DNA of 64,000 nt from Kiritimatiellia bacterium (GCA_050949565.1 JBMNFY010000008.1:32001-96000); one strand, 5' to 3'; positions 1 through 10,509 are shown, counted from the stretch's first letter. Program-made: numbers and translations. The notes: a model not told the origin generated them from the letters alone.

Positions 1-2
1 AA

Positions 3-323
3 ATGATTGCGGATGGAATCGCATTGTGTCCAGTCAGCTATGTAGAGTTGGCACCTGCGTTTCTTGGCGTCAGTCAGCGGCAAAACGAGTTTCTGGACAG
101 CATCGGCATTCAATATTCCCTTCCTTGGAGTTGGCAAGACACGCAAAACGCCTACAAGGCTTGGGAGCGCCACGTCGACCTCTATCGGCAGCGAAAAGTT
201 CTTAAGCGCCCCGTGGCCGACATTCTCATCGGCGCATTCGCCATCGGCCGAGGTGGTCTTTTGACACGAAATTCCGCTGACTTCCGACGTGTGTTCCCCA
301 AACTCAAAATCGTCGAGCCTTAG
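3..323 (+). CDS. PIN-domain (VapC-like) toxin/nuclease, probably 5'-partial
   Basis: PIN-type motifs ...SYVEL... and RPVADILIGAFA...LLTRNSADF; lies at the window edge. Confidence 0.75.
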   Translation: MIADGIALCPVSYVELAPAFLGVSQRQNEFLDSIGIQYSLPWSWQDTQNAYKAWERHVDLYRQRKVLKRPVADILIGAFAIGRGGLLTRNSADFRRVFPKLKIVEP

Positions 324-327
324 CTTA

Positions 328-1245
328 ATGACGGAGACACTAGGACTTTTAACTTCTATCGCCTGGGCGCTTTGCGCAGCCGGCATTGCGTGGTATTGCC
401 TCAATATCTTGCAGCAGATCACGTATGTCACGCTGGCGGATGGCCGTCAACAGGAACGCAAGCTACCGGCCATCTTTCGCTTGCTCCTGCCGTTCGCGCC
501 GAATCTCTACCATGTCGTGACCCGCCCCGCATTTGAAAAAGCGCGCGTCACCGCCGACCGTAAACTGGTAGCGGCAGGCTTTGAGGGCCTGCTTTCCGGC
601 AAGGAGTTTCTGGCGCTGAAACTGCTGATGCCGGTCATCTGTGGCGCTCTTTGGTTTGCCCTGCTCCGTCTCATTTCAGTGTTGAGTCCGCAATCAGAAA
701 TCGCCAAGAACACGCTCCTCGCGTTTCTGCTGGGGCTGGCCCTTTTCTATTACTACCCGCTACTCTGGTTGCGGCGTGTGTTGCGGGCGCGCCACACGGC
801 GATTCAACGCGCGCTGCCGTTCGTTCTGGACTTGCTCACCCTCTCGGTTGAGGCCGGCATGGACTTCATGAGCGCGCTTCAGCGCAACTGCGAACGTCGT
901 AAACTGGACCCGCTCAACGAAGAACTGATCCGGATGACGCGCGAAATCCAAGTCGGCACCCCGCGCCGGACGGCACTGCGCAACATGGCGCAACGCGTGG
1001 ATCTCGGCGATCTGCGTTCGGTAGCGCATGCGTTGATCCAAGCGGACGAACTGGGCGTAAGCATCGGTGCGATCCTGCGGATCCAATCCGATCAGATGCG
1101 CGCCCGCCGCTTTGACCGCGCTGAGAAACTAGCCAACGAAGCCCCGGTCAAGATGCTCGGCCCGTTGATGCTGTGCATCTTTCCTGCCGTCTTCATCATC
1201 CTGCTTGGTCCCATCCTCCAACAAACCCTGAAAAGCCTGTTTTAA
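328..1245 (+). CDS. tadC: Tad pilus inner-membrane platform protein (TadC / T2SS-F family)
   Basis: IQRALPFVLDLLTLSVEAGMDF, ALIQADELGVSIGAILRIQSDQMR, AEKLANEAPVKMLGPL; ATG at 328. Confidence 0.88.
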   Translation: MTETLGLLTSIAWALCAAGIAWYCLNILQQITYVTLADGRQQERKLPAIFRLLLPFAPNLYHVVTRPAFEKARVTADRKLVAAGFEGLLSGKEFLALKLLMPVICGALWFALLRLISVLSPQSEIAKNTLLAFLLGLALFYYYPLLWLRRVLRARHTAIQRALPFVLDLLTLSVEAGMDFMSALQRNCERRKLDPLNEELIRMTREIQVGTPRRTALRNMAQRVDLGDLRSVAHALIQADELGVSIGAILRIQSDQMRARRFDRAEKLANEAPVKMLGPLMLCIFPAVFIILLGPILQQTLKSLF

Positions 1246-1248
1246 GTT

Positions 1249-2583
1249 ATGAGCATAAACACGTACGCTCTTGTCATCGATGACGGCCCACTGGCGGGCA
1301 CACGATATACCGTCTCCCAGACCGGGCTTACGCTGGGCCGTTCCCGTCAGTGCGACATCGCGATCAAAGACATGCTGCTCTCCCGCAGCCACTGCCGTTT
1401 CGAACTGCGTGACGGTACGCTGTGGGTCGTCGACTTGGCCAGCGCAAACCAGACACTGGTCAACAAGGAGGCGATCGACGAAAGGATGCTCAATCCGGGT
1501 GACCTCATTGAGGTCGGCCAAACCGTACTGCGCGTTGACTACGCCGATGCCGCAGCCGGAGACGGACAATCCCCAGCGACCCCAAGCGCGGCCCCTGCCG
1601 ACGGTGTGGTGATCGACCTTGGTTTTGGAAAAGCCGATGCGTCGGGACACGCCGAAAAGAAATCGTTCCTGCGTCCCGTCATCTGGACGCTCGGCGCTGT
1701 GCTGGTGTTGATCATCGGCGCGACGTTCATTATGGACCCCGCGCGTCGCTCAAAGACCACCGACGCCGCCACGCCCGTCAGTCTGGAGCAGGACAAGACT
1801 TTGCTGGTGCAGTACGAAAAAGTCGAAGCCTCGACCGACAACCTCTTCCGCTACGAACTCGCGCTCTCGCCAGCCGGTATGCTGGCTGTCAAGATCGATG
1901 ACCTGTCCGGCAAGAACCGCCACGTCCGGAAGGAGAAGCAGGTTGAACCCGCACTGTTGAACGAACTGGTCCGCGACATCGAAAACAGCGGCTTCTTCTC
2001 ACTCGACAAGAGCTACTCCGGTTTCGCCCCCTCCCCCAACCAACTCAACGAGTGGACGCTGACCGTCGCCATCGGTCCGCGTGTCCATACCTGCCGTGTC
2101 ACCAACCGACTCGAACCCGAGGGGTTCCGGACATTGCGTGAACGGCTCGAAACGTTCAGTAAAAACGAACTGGGTATTTGGGCCATCCAGTTCTCCGCTG
2201 ACAAACTCACCGAACTGGCACGCGATGCTTTGTCGGTGGCCCGCAAAAAGTTTGACGAGCGCGATGTCAAATTCGGTAACCTGCACGAGTCCATCCGCAG
2301 TTATCAGGAAGCGGTCTTCTACCTCGACACCGTCAACCCCAAGCCGGACTTTTACACCACAATCATCGAAGGCTTCGAAACGGCCGAAGCCGAACTCGAC
2401 AAGCGCTACGAAGAGCAGCGCTTCCAGGCCAATCGCGCCATCAACCTGCAGGATTGGCCTACGGCGGCGCGTGAATTGAAAATCCTGCGCGAGATGATCC
2501 CAGACACCGCAGACAGCCGCAACAAAGAAGCGACCCAGAAGCTCATCGATGTCGAGGGACGCCTCAGAAAAATCCGCCGTTAA
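1249..2583 (+). CDS. FHA-domain membrane protein with helical C-terminal region
   Basis: N-terminal FHA (LGRSRQCDI, LSRSHC, DLASANQTLVN); single TM segment VIWTLGAVLVLIIGATFI. Confidence 0.85.
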   Translation: MSINTYALVIDDGPLAGTRYTVSQTGLTLGRSRQCDIAIKDMLLSRSHCRFELRDGTLWVVDLASANQTLVNKEAIDERMLNPGDLIEVGQTVLRVDYADAAAGDGQSPATPSAAPADGVVIDLGFGKADASGHAEKKSFLRPVIWTLGAVLVLIIGATFIMDPARRSKTTDAATPVSLEQDKTLLVQYEKVEASTDNLFRYELALSPAGMLAVKIDDLSGKNRHVRKEKQVEPALLNELVRDIENSGFFSLDKSYSGFAPSPNQLNEWTLTVAIGPRVHTCRVTNRLEPEGFRTLRERLETFSKNELGIWAIQFSADKLTELARDALSVARKKFDERDVKFGNLHESIRSYQEAVFYLDTVNPKPDFYTTIIEGFETAEAELDKRYEEQRFQANRAINLQDWPTAARELKILREMIPDTADSRNKEATQKLIDVEGRLRKIRR

Positions 2584-2609
2584 CCTGCCGCTCATTTGAG
2601 GAAACCGCC

Positions 2610-3938
2610 ATGACACGCAACTTCACCACTTGCCTCCTCGCCGCCCTGCTCGCGGCGTTCACCTTGTACGCCGCAAGGAAGGACGGCCCCACCACCCGCC
2701 TCGACGTGACCTCTCATCCCGCCGGGGCAACGGTCCTGATCGACCATCAGGAACGAGGCGTCACGCCGCTGACCCTTTTCGACCTCGCCCCCGGCCCCCA
2801 TCTGGTGCAGTTCACGAAAGACGGCTGCCGTGACACCTTTGAAAGCGTCTCGCTGGAACTCGGCGTGGTGCGCACGGTTGGTGCCCGTCTGGAACCGCTC
2901 ACCGGTATCCTGCTGGTCACTTCTGATCCGCCTGCATGCGATGTGGCGGTTAAGGGGGTCTCGCTGGGAAGCACCCCGCTGCTCGTCACCACGCTTGAGA
3001 GCGGCGTCCACCGCCTCACGGTCTCCTCGCCCGGCTACCAGACCAAGGAGATCGACGTGACGCTGGAAGGCCGTACCCCGATCAAGCAAGAGGTCACCCT
3101 GCTCTCCGACTCCGGTACTATGGCCTTGACCTCCGATCCGGAGGGGGCCGAGGTGCTGATTAACGGTATCGCACGTGGCCGCACGCCCTGCCGCATCGAT
3201 CGCATCCCCGGCGGAACGGTCACGGTCAAAATCCAAGCCGAGGGCTTCCAACCGCACACGCGGGAAATCTCACTGGCCGCCGGCGAAGTCCAAAACGTCG
3301 ATGTGCGTCTGACGCCGCTACCGGGGACACTGCGCGTGGTCTCAATCCCTGAGGGCGCGCGTGTCTACATTGACGATGAATACAAGGGCGATACGCCCTT
3401 CGATCTGAAGAACGCCGAGCCTAAAACCTACCGCGTCCGCGTCGAGCGCGCCGGACACGAACCGCTTGCGCGCGATGTAACGCTCGCAAAAGCCGCATCG
3501 ATCACCGAGGAGTTCCGCCTCTCCAAAATCACGGGACGCCTCGAGATCATCACCGCGCCGTCGCGTGCTACAGTCTTGATCAGCGGCAAGAAGGTCGGAA
3601 TCACCAGTACCCACGGCACCGACAGCACGGCGGTTTCCGATCCGTTCGCGGTCGAGGAGGTGCTGGAGGGCGAGCATGAAGTCGAAATCTTCCGCAAGGG
3701 GTATACCTCGCAGAAGCGGCGCATCACCGTGAAGCGCGGAGAAACGCAGACCCTTCAGTTCAAGCTGGAACGTCAGTTTATCCCAAACTACGAGGTCGTT
3801 ACCGGCCGTGCCCATTACAAAGGCGTGCTGGAGTTCATGAACGAGGAGGGCATCCACCTTGAAATCATGCCGGGCATCAGCCAGACGATCCCGATGAAGG
3901 ATGTCAAGAAGCACGGCCCGCTGACCGAAACCGAATGA
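2610..3938 (+). CDS. Secreted multi-PEGA-domain protein
   Basis: Signal peptide plus five repeats like LxVTSxPxGAxVxID..xGxTP. Confidence 0.88.
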   Translation: MTRNFTTCLLAALLAAFTLYAARKDGPTTRLDVTSHPAGATVLIDHQERGVTPLTLFDLAPGPHLVQFTKDGCRDTFESVSLELGVVRTVGARLEPLTGILLVTSDPPACDVAVKGVSLGSTPLLVTTLESGVHRLTVSSPGYQTKEIDVTLEGRTPIKQEVTLLSDSGTMALTSDPEGAEVLINGIARGRTPCRIDRIPGGTVTVKIQAEGFQPHTREISLAAGEVQNVDVRLTPLPGTLRVVSIPEGARVYIDDEYKGDTPFDLKNAEPKTYRVRVERAGHEPLARDVTLAKAASITEEFRLSKITGRLEIITAPSRATVLISGKKVGITSTHGTDSTAVSDPFAVEEVLEGEHEVEIFRKGYTSQKRRITVKRGETQTLQFKLERQFIPNYEVVTGRAHYKGVLEFMNEEGIHLEIMPGISQTIPMKDVKKHGPLTETE

Positions 3939-6448
3939 GTGCGTTTCCGGTCGACGCCATCCTACCCGACCTAGCCGCCTCGTTGGCGGCTAACCGCACA
4001 GCGGTGTTGCAGGCCCCGCCCGGCACGGGCAAAACCACGCGCGTAGCACCGTTTCTGCTGGACGCCGCCTGGCTGAAAGGACGCAAGATCCTGCTGCTCG
4101 AACCGCGGCGGCTCGCTGCGCGTACCGCCGCCGCTTTCATGGCACGCCAACGCAGCGAGCGGGTCGGCGAAACCATCGGTTACCACATCCGTCTCGAACG
4201 CCGTGCCGGGCCGCGTACGCGCATCGAACTCCTGACCGAAGGTCTGCTCACTCAACGCCTGCTGCACGATCCCGAACTCTCCGACACCGGGCTGGTGATC
4301 TTCGATGAGTTTCACGAACGCAGTCTGGCTGTCGATACTGCGCTGGCGCTCGCACTCGATACGCGCCGCGCACTGCGACCGGATCTGCGGCTCGTCGTCA
4401 TGTCTGCCACACTGCGCCCTGAAGCCATTGCCGCACACCTTGGCGACGCCGACATCCACACAGCCGACACGCGTCTCTATCCGGTCGAGACGCGCCTGCT
4501 CGACCGTCTCTCCACCGCATCCATCCCGCAACAAGCCGCCGGGGCCGTGTTGCGCGCGCTGCGCGAAGAAACGGGCAGCGTGTTGCTTTTCCTGCCGGGC
4601 GAAGGCGAAATCCGCCGCACGCTGGATCTGCTACGCAATGCAGACCTCCCGCCGGAGGTCTCGCTCTATCCCTTGTACGGTGCCCTGTCGCGCGAAGAGC
4701 AGGACGCCGCCGTGGCCCCGCCCGCCGTAGGCCGACGCAAGGTCGTGCTCGCCACCTCAATCGCGGAGACCTCGCTCACCATCGAAGGCATCCGTGTCGT
4801 CATCGACACCGGCTGGATGCGAGTGCCGCGCTTCTCGCCGCGCAACGGCATGTCACGTCTGGAAACCCTGCGCATCACCCGCGACCGGGCCGACCAGCGG
4901 CGCGGCCGCGCCGGACGTCTCGGCCCCGGCGTCTGCTACCGGCTGTGGGATGAAACCACCGATCTCCAACTTGCGCCTGAAGCACTGCCCGAGATTTTGG
5001 ACGCCGATCTCGCCGCGACGGTGCTGCAAGCTGCCGACTGGGGCACCAGTGCCCGCGACAGCCTGCCTTGGTTCACGCCGCCGCCCGACGCCGCATGGCG
5101 GCAAGCGGTCGGTCTGCTCCAAGCACTCGGTGCCCTCTCGCCCGCAGTCAGCCCTTCCGCCTTGGGCGCTACCGAATCTGCGGAAGCTCCCCCTCCAATG
5201 ATCACGGAGCGCGGCCGTGCCATGGCTGCACTGCCCGCCCATCCGCGCCTCGCCCACATGATTTTCGAAGCCGCGCGCGACGGTGCCGCGCAGCAAGCCT
5301 GCCTGTTGGCGGCAGTGCTCACCGAAGCCGCCTCCGAATCATCGGTACGCTACGAAACCGACGTGCGCCGTCTGCTGGACCGCGTACACGAAGGCGGCCG
5401 CGACGGCTTCAGCTACCGCGTCCATGAACTCGCCCGCCGCTGGGGACGCCGCCATCCGCCCACCGACCGTCAACGCCTCTCCGAAGGCCTGCTGCTCGCC
5501 TGGGCCTTCCCGGATCGATTGGCGCGGCGGCGCGACGCCACCGGCCGCTATCTGCTGCGCAACGGACGCGGCGCGGTCATTGACACCGCCGATCCGTTGG
5601 CGCGCGCGGAGTGGCTTGTCGCCGCCGAGTTGACCGACGACACCGCCGAAGCCAAGATCCGTCTGGCGGTGCCGCTCGACCAAAGCGAGGTTGAAGCCGC
5701 CTTTGCCGATCAAATGGAACGCCGCACATTGACCTTTTGGGATAAACGTAGCGAAGCAGTCATCTCGGTGAATCGCCTCTGCCTCGGCGCGATCACGGTG
5801 CATGAGGGCGGTCAGGCCGCGCCGGATGCCACCGACCTGCGCGCCGCCCTCTTTGAAGGCATCCGTCAGAAGGGAATCAGCCAACTGCCCTGGAGCAAAC
5901 GCGCACGCGCCCTGCAAGAGCGCGTACTCTTCCTGCGCCGCGCCCTACCGGAACAATCCTGGCCCGATTTTTCCGACGACGCGCTGTTGTCTGATCTCGA
6001 TACCTGGCTCGGCCCGTTTTGCGATGGCGTCACCCGCTGGAGCCATGTGACCGCGCTTGATCTCGCCGCGATTCTGCAACGTCGGCTGGAAGCGTGCGGC
6101 TGTTCGCGCCACGCCTTAGACACGCTCGCGCCTACGCACCTGCCGGTACCCAGCGGCTCGAACATCCAAGTTCGCTACGATCAAGATCCGCCCTACATGG
6201 AGGTGCGCATTCAGGAGGTGTTCGGTCTCACGTGCACACCGACTGTAGCTGGCGGACGCGTACCGGTCGTACTGCACCTGCTCTCACCCGCGCACCGCCC
6301 GGTGCAGGTGACCCGCGATCTGGAGAGCTTCTGGTCCACCGGTTACGCGCTGGTGCGCAAAGACCTGCGCGGACGCTACCCGAAACATTACTGGCCCGAA
6401 GACCCGCACCAAGCCGAACCGACACGCCGCGTACGCCCGCGTCCTTAA
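3935..6448 (+). CDS. hrpB: ATP-dependent RNA helicase HrpB
   Basis: APPGTGKTT, DEFHERS, SATL, ATSIAETSLTI, QRRGRAGR and C-terminal LRGRYPKHYWPEDP. Confidence 0.95.
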   Translation: MSAFPVDAILPDLAASLAANRTAVLQAPPGTGKTTRVAPFLLDAAWLKGRKILLLEPRRLAARTAAAFMARQRSERVGETIGYHIRLERRAGPRTRIELLTEGLLTQRLLHDPELSDTGLVIFDEFHERSLAVDTALALALDTRRALRPDLRLVVMSATLRPEAIAAHLGDADIHTADTRLYPVETRLLDRLSTASIPQQAAGAVLRALREETGSVLLFLPGEGEIRRTLDLLRNADLPPEVSLYPLYGALSREEQDAAVAPPAVGRRKVVLATSIAETSLTIEGIRVVIDTGWMRVPRFSPRNGMSRLETLRITRDRADQRRGRAGRLGPGVCYRLWDETTDLQLAPEALPEILDADLAATVLQAADWGTSARDSLPWFTPPPDAAWRQAVGLLQALGALSPAVSPSALGATESAEAPPPMITERGRAMAALPAHPRLAHMIFEAARDGAAQQACLLAAVLTEAASESSVRYETDVRRLLDRVHEGGRDGFSYRVHELARRWGRRHPPTDRQRLSEGLLLAWAFPDRLARRRDATGRYLLRNGRGAVIDTADPLARAEWLVAAELTDDTAEAKIRLAVPLDQSEVEAAFADQMERRTLTFWDKRSEAVISVNRLCLGAITVHEGGQAAPDATDLRAALFEGIRQKGISQLPWSKRARALQERVLFLRRALPEQSWPDFSDDALLSDLDTWLGPFCDGVTRWSHVTALDLAAILQRRLEACGCSRHALDTLAPTHLPVPSGSNIQVRYDQDPPYMEVRIQEVFGLTCTPTVAGGRVPVVLHLLSPAHRPVQVTRDLESFWSTGYALVRKDLRGRYPKHYWPEDPHQAEPTRRVRPRP

Positions 6449-6537
6449 CCGTAACTCGGTCTGGCGTTTTTTCCAAAAGGTGTATATAGTGTGTATGTGA
6501 CGCTTACAGAACACGCGCCCACGACAAAGGAGATACC

Positions 6538-7101
6538 ATGAACGTCGCTCACAGGTGGTTGGCTCTCATCGGACTCGCATTCGCGGTACAGGCAAAGGAG
6601 GTTGCCCCGCTCTTCCCCTTTGTAATCTCGTATGACGGACCGGACAATGCGTCGAGCGTGGCGCATCTGCTGGACGCACCTGCGGGCCGACACGGTTTTG
6701 TAAGGGCGCAGGGTGGTCATTTCGTTACCGATGCTGGACCGATCCGCTTTCATGGGACAAACCTGACCGGTCCCGCGAACTTCCCTTCGCGCGCGGACGC
6801 CGACAAGTTAGCCGCGCGGCTCGCCCGCTTCGGCATCAACTGTGTGCGCTTGCACTTCATGGACACCTGGTACGTGAATTTTATGACGCGACCCACCCAG
6901 GGGATTCTGGCCGACGACACGCATACGCAGCGCGAACTGGATCCGAAGCAACTCGACCGGTTGGATTACATGATCGCGGCATTCAAACGCGCCGGCATCT
7001 ACGTGAACATCAACCTGCATGTCGGTCGCACACTGGACGAGCGCGACGGCCTCCCCGGCATCAAGGGCTTGTCGTGGGCCAACAAAGGCATCGGGCAGTT
7101 T
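6538..7101 (+). pseudogene. Secreted GH5-like glycoside hydrolase, truncated by IS
   Basis: Signal peptide, IRFHGTNL, RLARFGINCVRLHFMD, LDRLDYMIAAFKRAGIYVNINLH; runs into the IS terminal repeat at ~7102; no 3' half seen in the window. Confidence 0.75.
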
Positions 7102-7125
7102 AAGGAGTTTCCCCAAAAAATCTGG

Positions 7126-8385
7126 TCATTCCAGAAAGACCAGTCCGAGCGGGTTTGATTCGGGGTCTGGCGGCTTGTAGCCGTACCATTTCCCGTGGCG
7201 CGTGAAGAGCCTCCCGAGGCCGTCGGCGACGGCGTAGTGGAGGAACTCGGCCACGCCGTAGATGCGCTTGGCGGCGTGGGTGATGTTGGTCGTCAGGATC
7301 TCGCAGCGCAGCCGTCCGGCCAGCCAGACGCAGTTGAAGTAGATGACGGCCAGCAGCAGAGCGACCATGTTTTTCAGGCGCCGGTACGTCAGGACCCGGA
7401 CGTCCTCGAGGTTGTAGCTCTGCTTGACGAAGCGGATCGCGTCCTCGACGCGCCACCGCGTCAGATAGCCCTCGACGACCTGCCACAGGGACTTGCGCGA
7501 CGTCGTCCCGGCCAGCGTGGTCAGCAGGAGCATCGGCCGCTCGCCGAACCCCTTCACCACGACCATGCGCAGGGGCTTGTCGGGCCTCTGCGGCAGGGCG
7601 ACGGTCATGGCGCCGAACTCCAGCTTATAGCTTTTCACCCCGTCCCCCGTCTCCCTCGTGACGATCTCGATGTGCTTCATGGGGCAGGATGCCGCCAGTT
7701 CTTCGGCCAGCGCGGTCCGCCGGCCGTGGAGCAGGTTGCGGTTGCCCACGAGGCGCACGATGTAGTCCAGTTTGCGCCGGTCCAGGCCGTCGAACAGCCA
7801 GTCTCCGTCGCCTCCGCGGTCGATGACGTAGATGCCGCGCTTCTTCGCGCGGGAGCTGATCTGGTCGATGACGCCGAGCACCTCGTCGTTCTGGCTGATG
7901 AAGCCCTCCGCCTCGCTCGACCACAGCCGCATGTGCAACGGCGTGATCCGGCGGCCGCCGCTCTCGCAGGCGACCGCCAGGCAGGCGCTGTATCCGTTGC
8001 CGATCTCCCCCGTGCTCCCGTCCCGGACGCGGGCGAGATATTCCATCTTCTTCGCGTACAGCTTACGGATGTCGGTCGGGTCGATGACGATCAGCGTGTC
8101 CTGATGGACGTGACGCGAGCCCAGACGGGCGACAGCGTCGGAAATCCCCTGCTCGATGCCCTCGCTCCCGAGCATCCGGCTCAGCCTGTCCTCCAGTTTC
8201 TTCATCGATATCGGCTCGTCGAGCGCGCGGGCGATCCGGCTGAGCTTCACGTCCTGCGACGCCTGTATCCCGTAGACCATGTCGCCCACGAACTTGCCGA
8301 GCGGCTTGGAAAACCGGGGGGAAAGTTCCCCCAAAAAATTCTTGAGTTGCTCTCGCGCTTTGAACGCCGTTGCGCTATGATTCAC
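7126..8385 (-). CDS. IS4-family DDE transposase
   Basis: IDPTD, IDRGGD and YREK motif YLTRWRVEDAIRFVK; GTG start at 8385 after GAAAGGA RBS. Confidence 0.9.
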   Translation of the reverse strand: MNHSATAFKAREQLKNFLGELSPRFSKPLGKFVGDMVYGIQASQDVKLSRIARALDEPISMKKLEDRLSRMLGSEGIEQGISDAVARLGSRHVHQDTLIVIDPTDIRKLYAKKMEYLARVRDGSTGEIGNGYSACLAVACESGGRRITPLHMRLWSSEAEGFISQNDEVLGVIDQISSRAKKRGIYVIDRGGDGDWLFDGLDRRKLDYIVRLVGNRNLLHGRRTALAEELAASCPMKHIEIVTRETGDGVKSYKLEFGAMTVALPQRPDKPLRMVVVKGFGERPMLLLTTLAGTTSRKSLWQVVEGYLTRWRVEDAIRFVKQSYNLEDVRVLTYRRLKNMVALLLAVIYFNCVWLAGRLRCEILTTNITHAAKRIYGVAEFLHYAVADGLGRLFTRHGKWYGYKPPDPESNPLGLVFLE

Positions 8386-8501
8386 GTCGGTTTTCCTTTC
8401 CGGTTTTTGGTTTTTGGTTGAACCGCCATTTTGGCAGAACCGGCGGAGGAAAACCACTTTTTCACTTTCAGGCACGCCCGTCAGAGACGCATCCCCTTTG
8501 T

Positions 8502-8514
8502 TTTCAAGGACTTA
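8502..8514 (+). promoter_or_regulatory. Possible IHF-type site near the IS left end
   Basis: TTTCAAGGACTTA is a 1-mismatch match to WATCAANNNNTTR. Confidence 0.3.
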
Positions 8515-8551
8515 GATATAATTGCCCCCGATTTTTTGGGGAAAGTCCTTA

Positions 8552-8720
8552 CCTGTCAAGCGGCGGCGGCTGGCCGAGACGCTGTTCCTCGGCCACCTGC
8601 GCTACGCGACCTACGGGCGCGGCGACATCGGCTTCTGCCATCCGTTCGTGCACCGTGCCGCGCGGCTCAACCGCACGCTCTTCCTCGCGGGCAACTTCAA
8701 CCTCACGAACACGCATGACC
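8552..8720 (+). pseudogene. Internal fragment of class II glutamine amidotransferase (PurF-like)
   Basis: FLGHLRYATYG..CHPF..LAGNFNLTN; lacks a start and the C-terminal part. Confidence 0.6.
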
Positions 8721-8803
8721 TCGAGGACGAGCGCGACGGCCTTCAGCGTGACATCGCCGCTGCCGCCGGAAACACCAATGTCGAAGGAGTGCAGGCCCTT
8801 CGC

Positions 8804-9128
8804 GTGAGAAACGGGGTCGTAGTTTGACATTAGACAAACAGCAGCGTGAGAAACGGGGTCGTAGTTTGACATTAGACAAACAGCAGAAAGGCGAAGACAA
8901 GGAACGGTGAAATGATAGTGTGAGAAACGGGGTCGTAGTTTGACATTAGACAAACAGCGTGAGAAACGGGGTCGTAGTTTGACATTAGACAAACAGCAGA
9001 AAGGCGAAGACAAGGAACGGTGAAATGATAGCGGCTCGGCTGAAAACCAACGGGTCTTGTATCGGTCGGTTGCGCACGTATCGAGGGTGCTGGAAAAATG
9101 AAATGTCTCATGTCAAACTACGACCCCG
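8804..9128. repeat. Array of four direct 39-bp repeats plus one inverted copy (MITE-like ends)
   Basis: GTGAGAAACGGGGTCGTAGTTTGACATTAGACAAACAGC at 8804, 8846, 8920, 8959; identical 34-bp segment at 8885 and 8998; inverted core at 9104-9128. Confidence 0.9.
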
Positions 9129-10499
9129 ATAACCCTTGCCGGCGATGTAAGGCACCCAGTTGAAGATTCTCTTCGCATTTTCGCTTTTCTGCTTCGCTGT
9201 CCAGAAGCTGCCGTAGATGGCACGAAAGAGTCGGTCGCGCAGCATCTCCGCATCATCGATTGTATCTTCCGCCGGATCAAGCCCCGCCTCCCACTGCCAC
9301 GTGCCTTTGAGCGCAGAAACGCTCCCGCTGACCTTGGTCGCCCACGGAACATCGGGGAATTCATAATCGTTCGTCTGGGTCTTCGTCGTCCACAGGAGCG
9401 AATTGCCCATCGTGCTCCTGTCGGAGACTTTTGGCGCCCGCTTCGGCTCGTCGTATTCATCCTTTGCCTCGCGTCCGAGCATATACGCCGCCCCCGCCCA
9501 ATAGCCGAGCCATCCATCACCTGTGGCATCGCAGTAGAGCGGCGCGACAAAACGCCGTCTCGCCCCCGTCTCAACATTCCGCGCATCGACCGCAACAATC
9601 TTGCGCGCGGCGTTCGTCACGACTCCGTACGCCCGCCAGCCGGTGTTGATGCTGATGTTCTTGTAGCTCTTGACGAAATTCATGCGTTTCGCATCATCTG
9701 CAGCCATCGAATTGCCGTTAGCGGGCGTGTTCTTTATTGCATCGACAATCCAATGGTATTCTCGTCTCTTCGCCTCAGTCTTGACGCGTATCTCGTCGCT
9801 CGCGTTGCCGCCAAGCTTTGGACGGTCTTGCACGATTGCCACATTCATTCCGGCCTCTGCTGCCGCAACCGCCGCTGCCGTACCTGCCATTCCGCCGCCG
9901 ACAACGACGAAGTCGGCCTTAATGACATCACCCGGCGCACCAACCTCACCTCGCATCTTCGCACGCCATGCCGCAAGTGCGGCAGGAGCGTTCGGCGGCA
10001 TCGCCGTATCTTCAGGGCAAAGGTAGATTGCGTCGCAGCGTCCCTCGAAGCCGGTCAGATCATGGAGCGCAAGAACCTGCGGTCCTTTGCCGACCTTGAC
10101 GGCACCCGCATCAACCCATCCCCAAGTGTCTGGCGCAACGCCGAGTGTATTGGGAAATGTCTGTCCGCCAAGAACAAGCTGAAAGCGGCCAGGTTTCTCG
10201 CCCTTCCAATCGGGCGTCCAGTCTCGCGTCCTCACAAAGGCACGGACACGACCAGGCTTTATGTTGACCCTGGTTTTCGCGTCCGCGACGGGAATGCCCT
10301 TGCCGTGCGCAAGGAGATAGGGCGAACCCATCTGCTCCACGAACTGTGGATCGACAACTCATCCGCCCTTGTCTATAAACGATTCAGCCTCAACAAGGCA
10401 TGTCGACATCTGTGCGGATGCCGACATGGATGCCGTTGCACAAAACGAGACCGCAAGCAGAATGCGACGCATCGATTTGGCAAGGATTGAAGTTTTCAT
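9108..10499 (-). pseudogene. Secreted FAD-dependent oxidoreductase (xanthan lyase/GidA-like fold), inactivated
   Basis: ATG 10499 with signal peptide; TGA at 10359-10361 where the motif GGWVVD expects Trp; VVVGGGMAG, LGGNAS, DATGDG; 3' end cut after ..IAGK by the inverted repeat. Confidence 0.8.
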
Positions 10500-10509
10500 T
10501 CCGGAATCC

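Larger units (their letters stand above)
7102..8550 (-). mobile_element. Complete IS4-family insertion sequence (~1.45 kb)
   Basis: Terminal IRs AAGGAGTTTCCCCAAAAAATC (7102) and GATTTTTTGGGGAAAGTCCTT (ends 8550), 1 mismatch; no target-site duplication visible. Confidence 0.9.

Noticed and set aside
7195-8421. Long antisense ORFs over the transposases (also 13193-14677)
   Set aside because: High-GC shadow frames opposite recognisable genes
8804-9031. CRISPR array
   Set aside because: Intervals are 3, 35 and 0 bp, the long one is repeated identically, an inverted copy follows, and no cas genes are present
10359-10361. TGA recoding (Trp or Sec) in the oxidoreductase
   Set aside because: TGA terminates many genes in this window and this gene is also 3'-truncated, so a nonsense mutation is simpler
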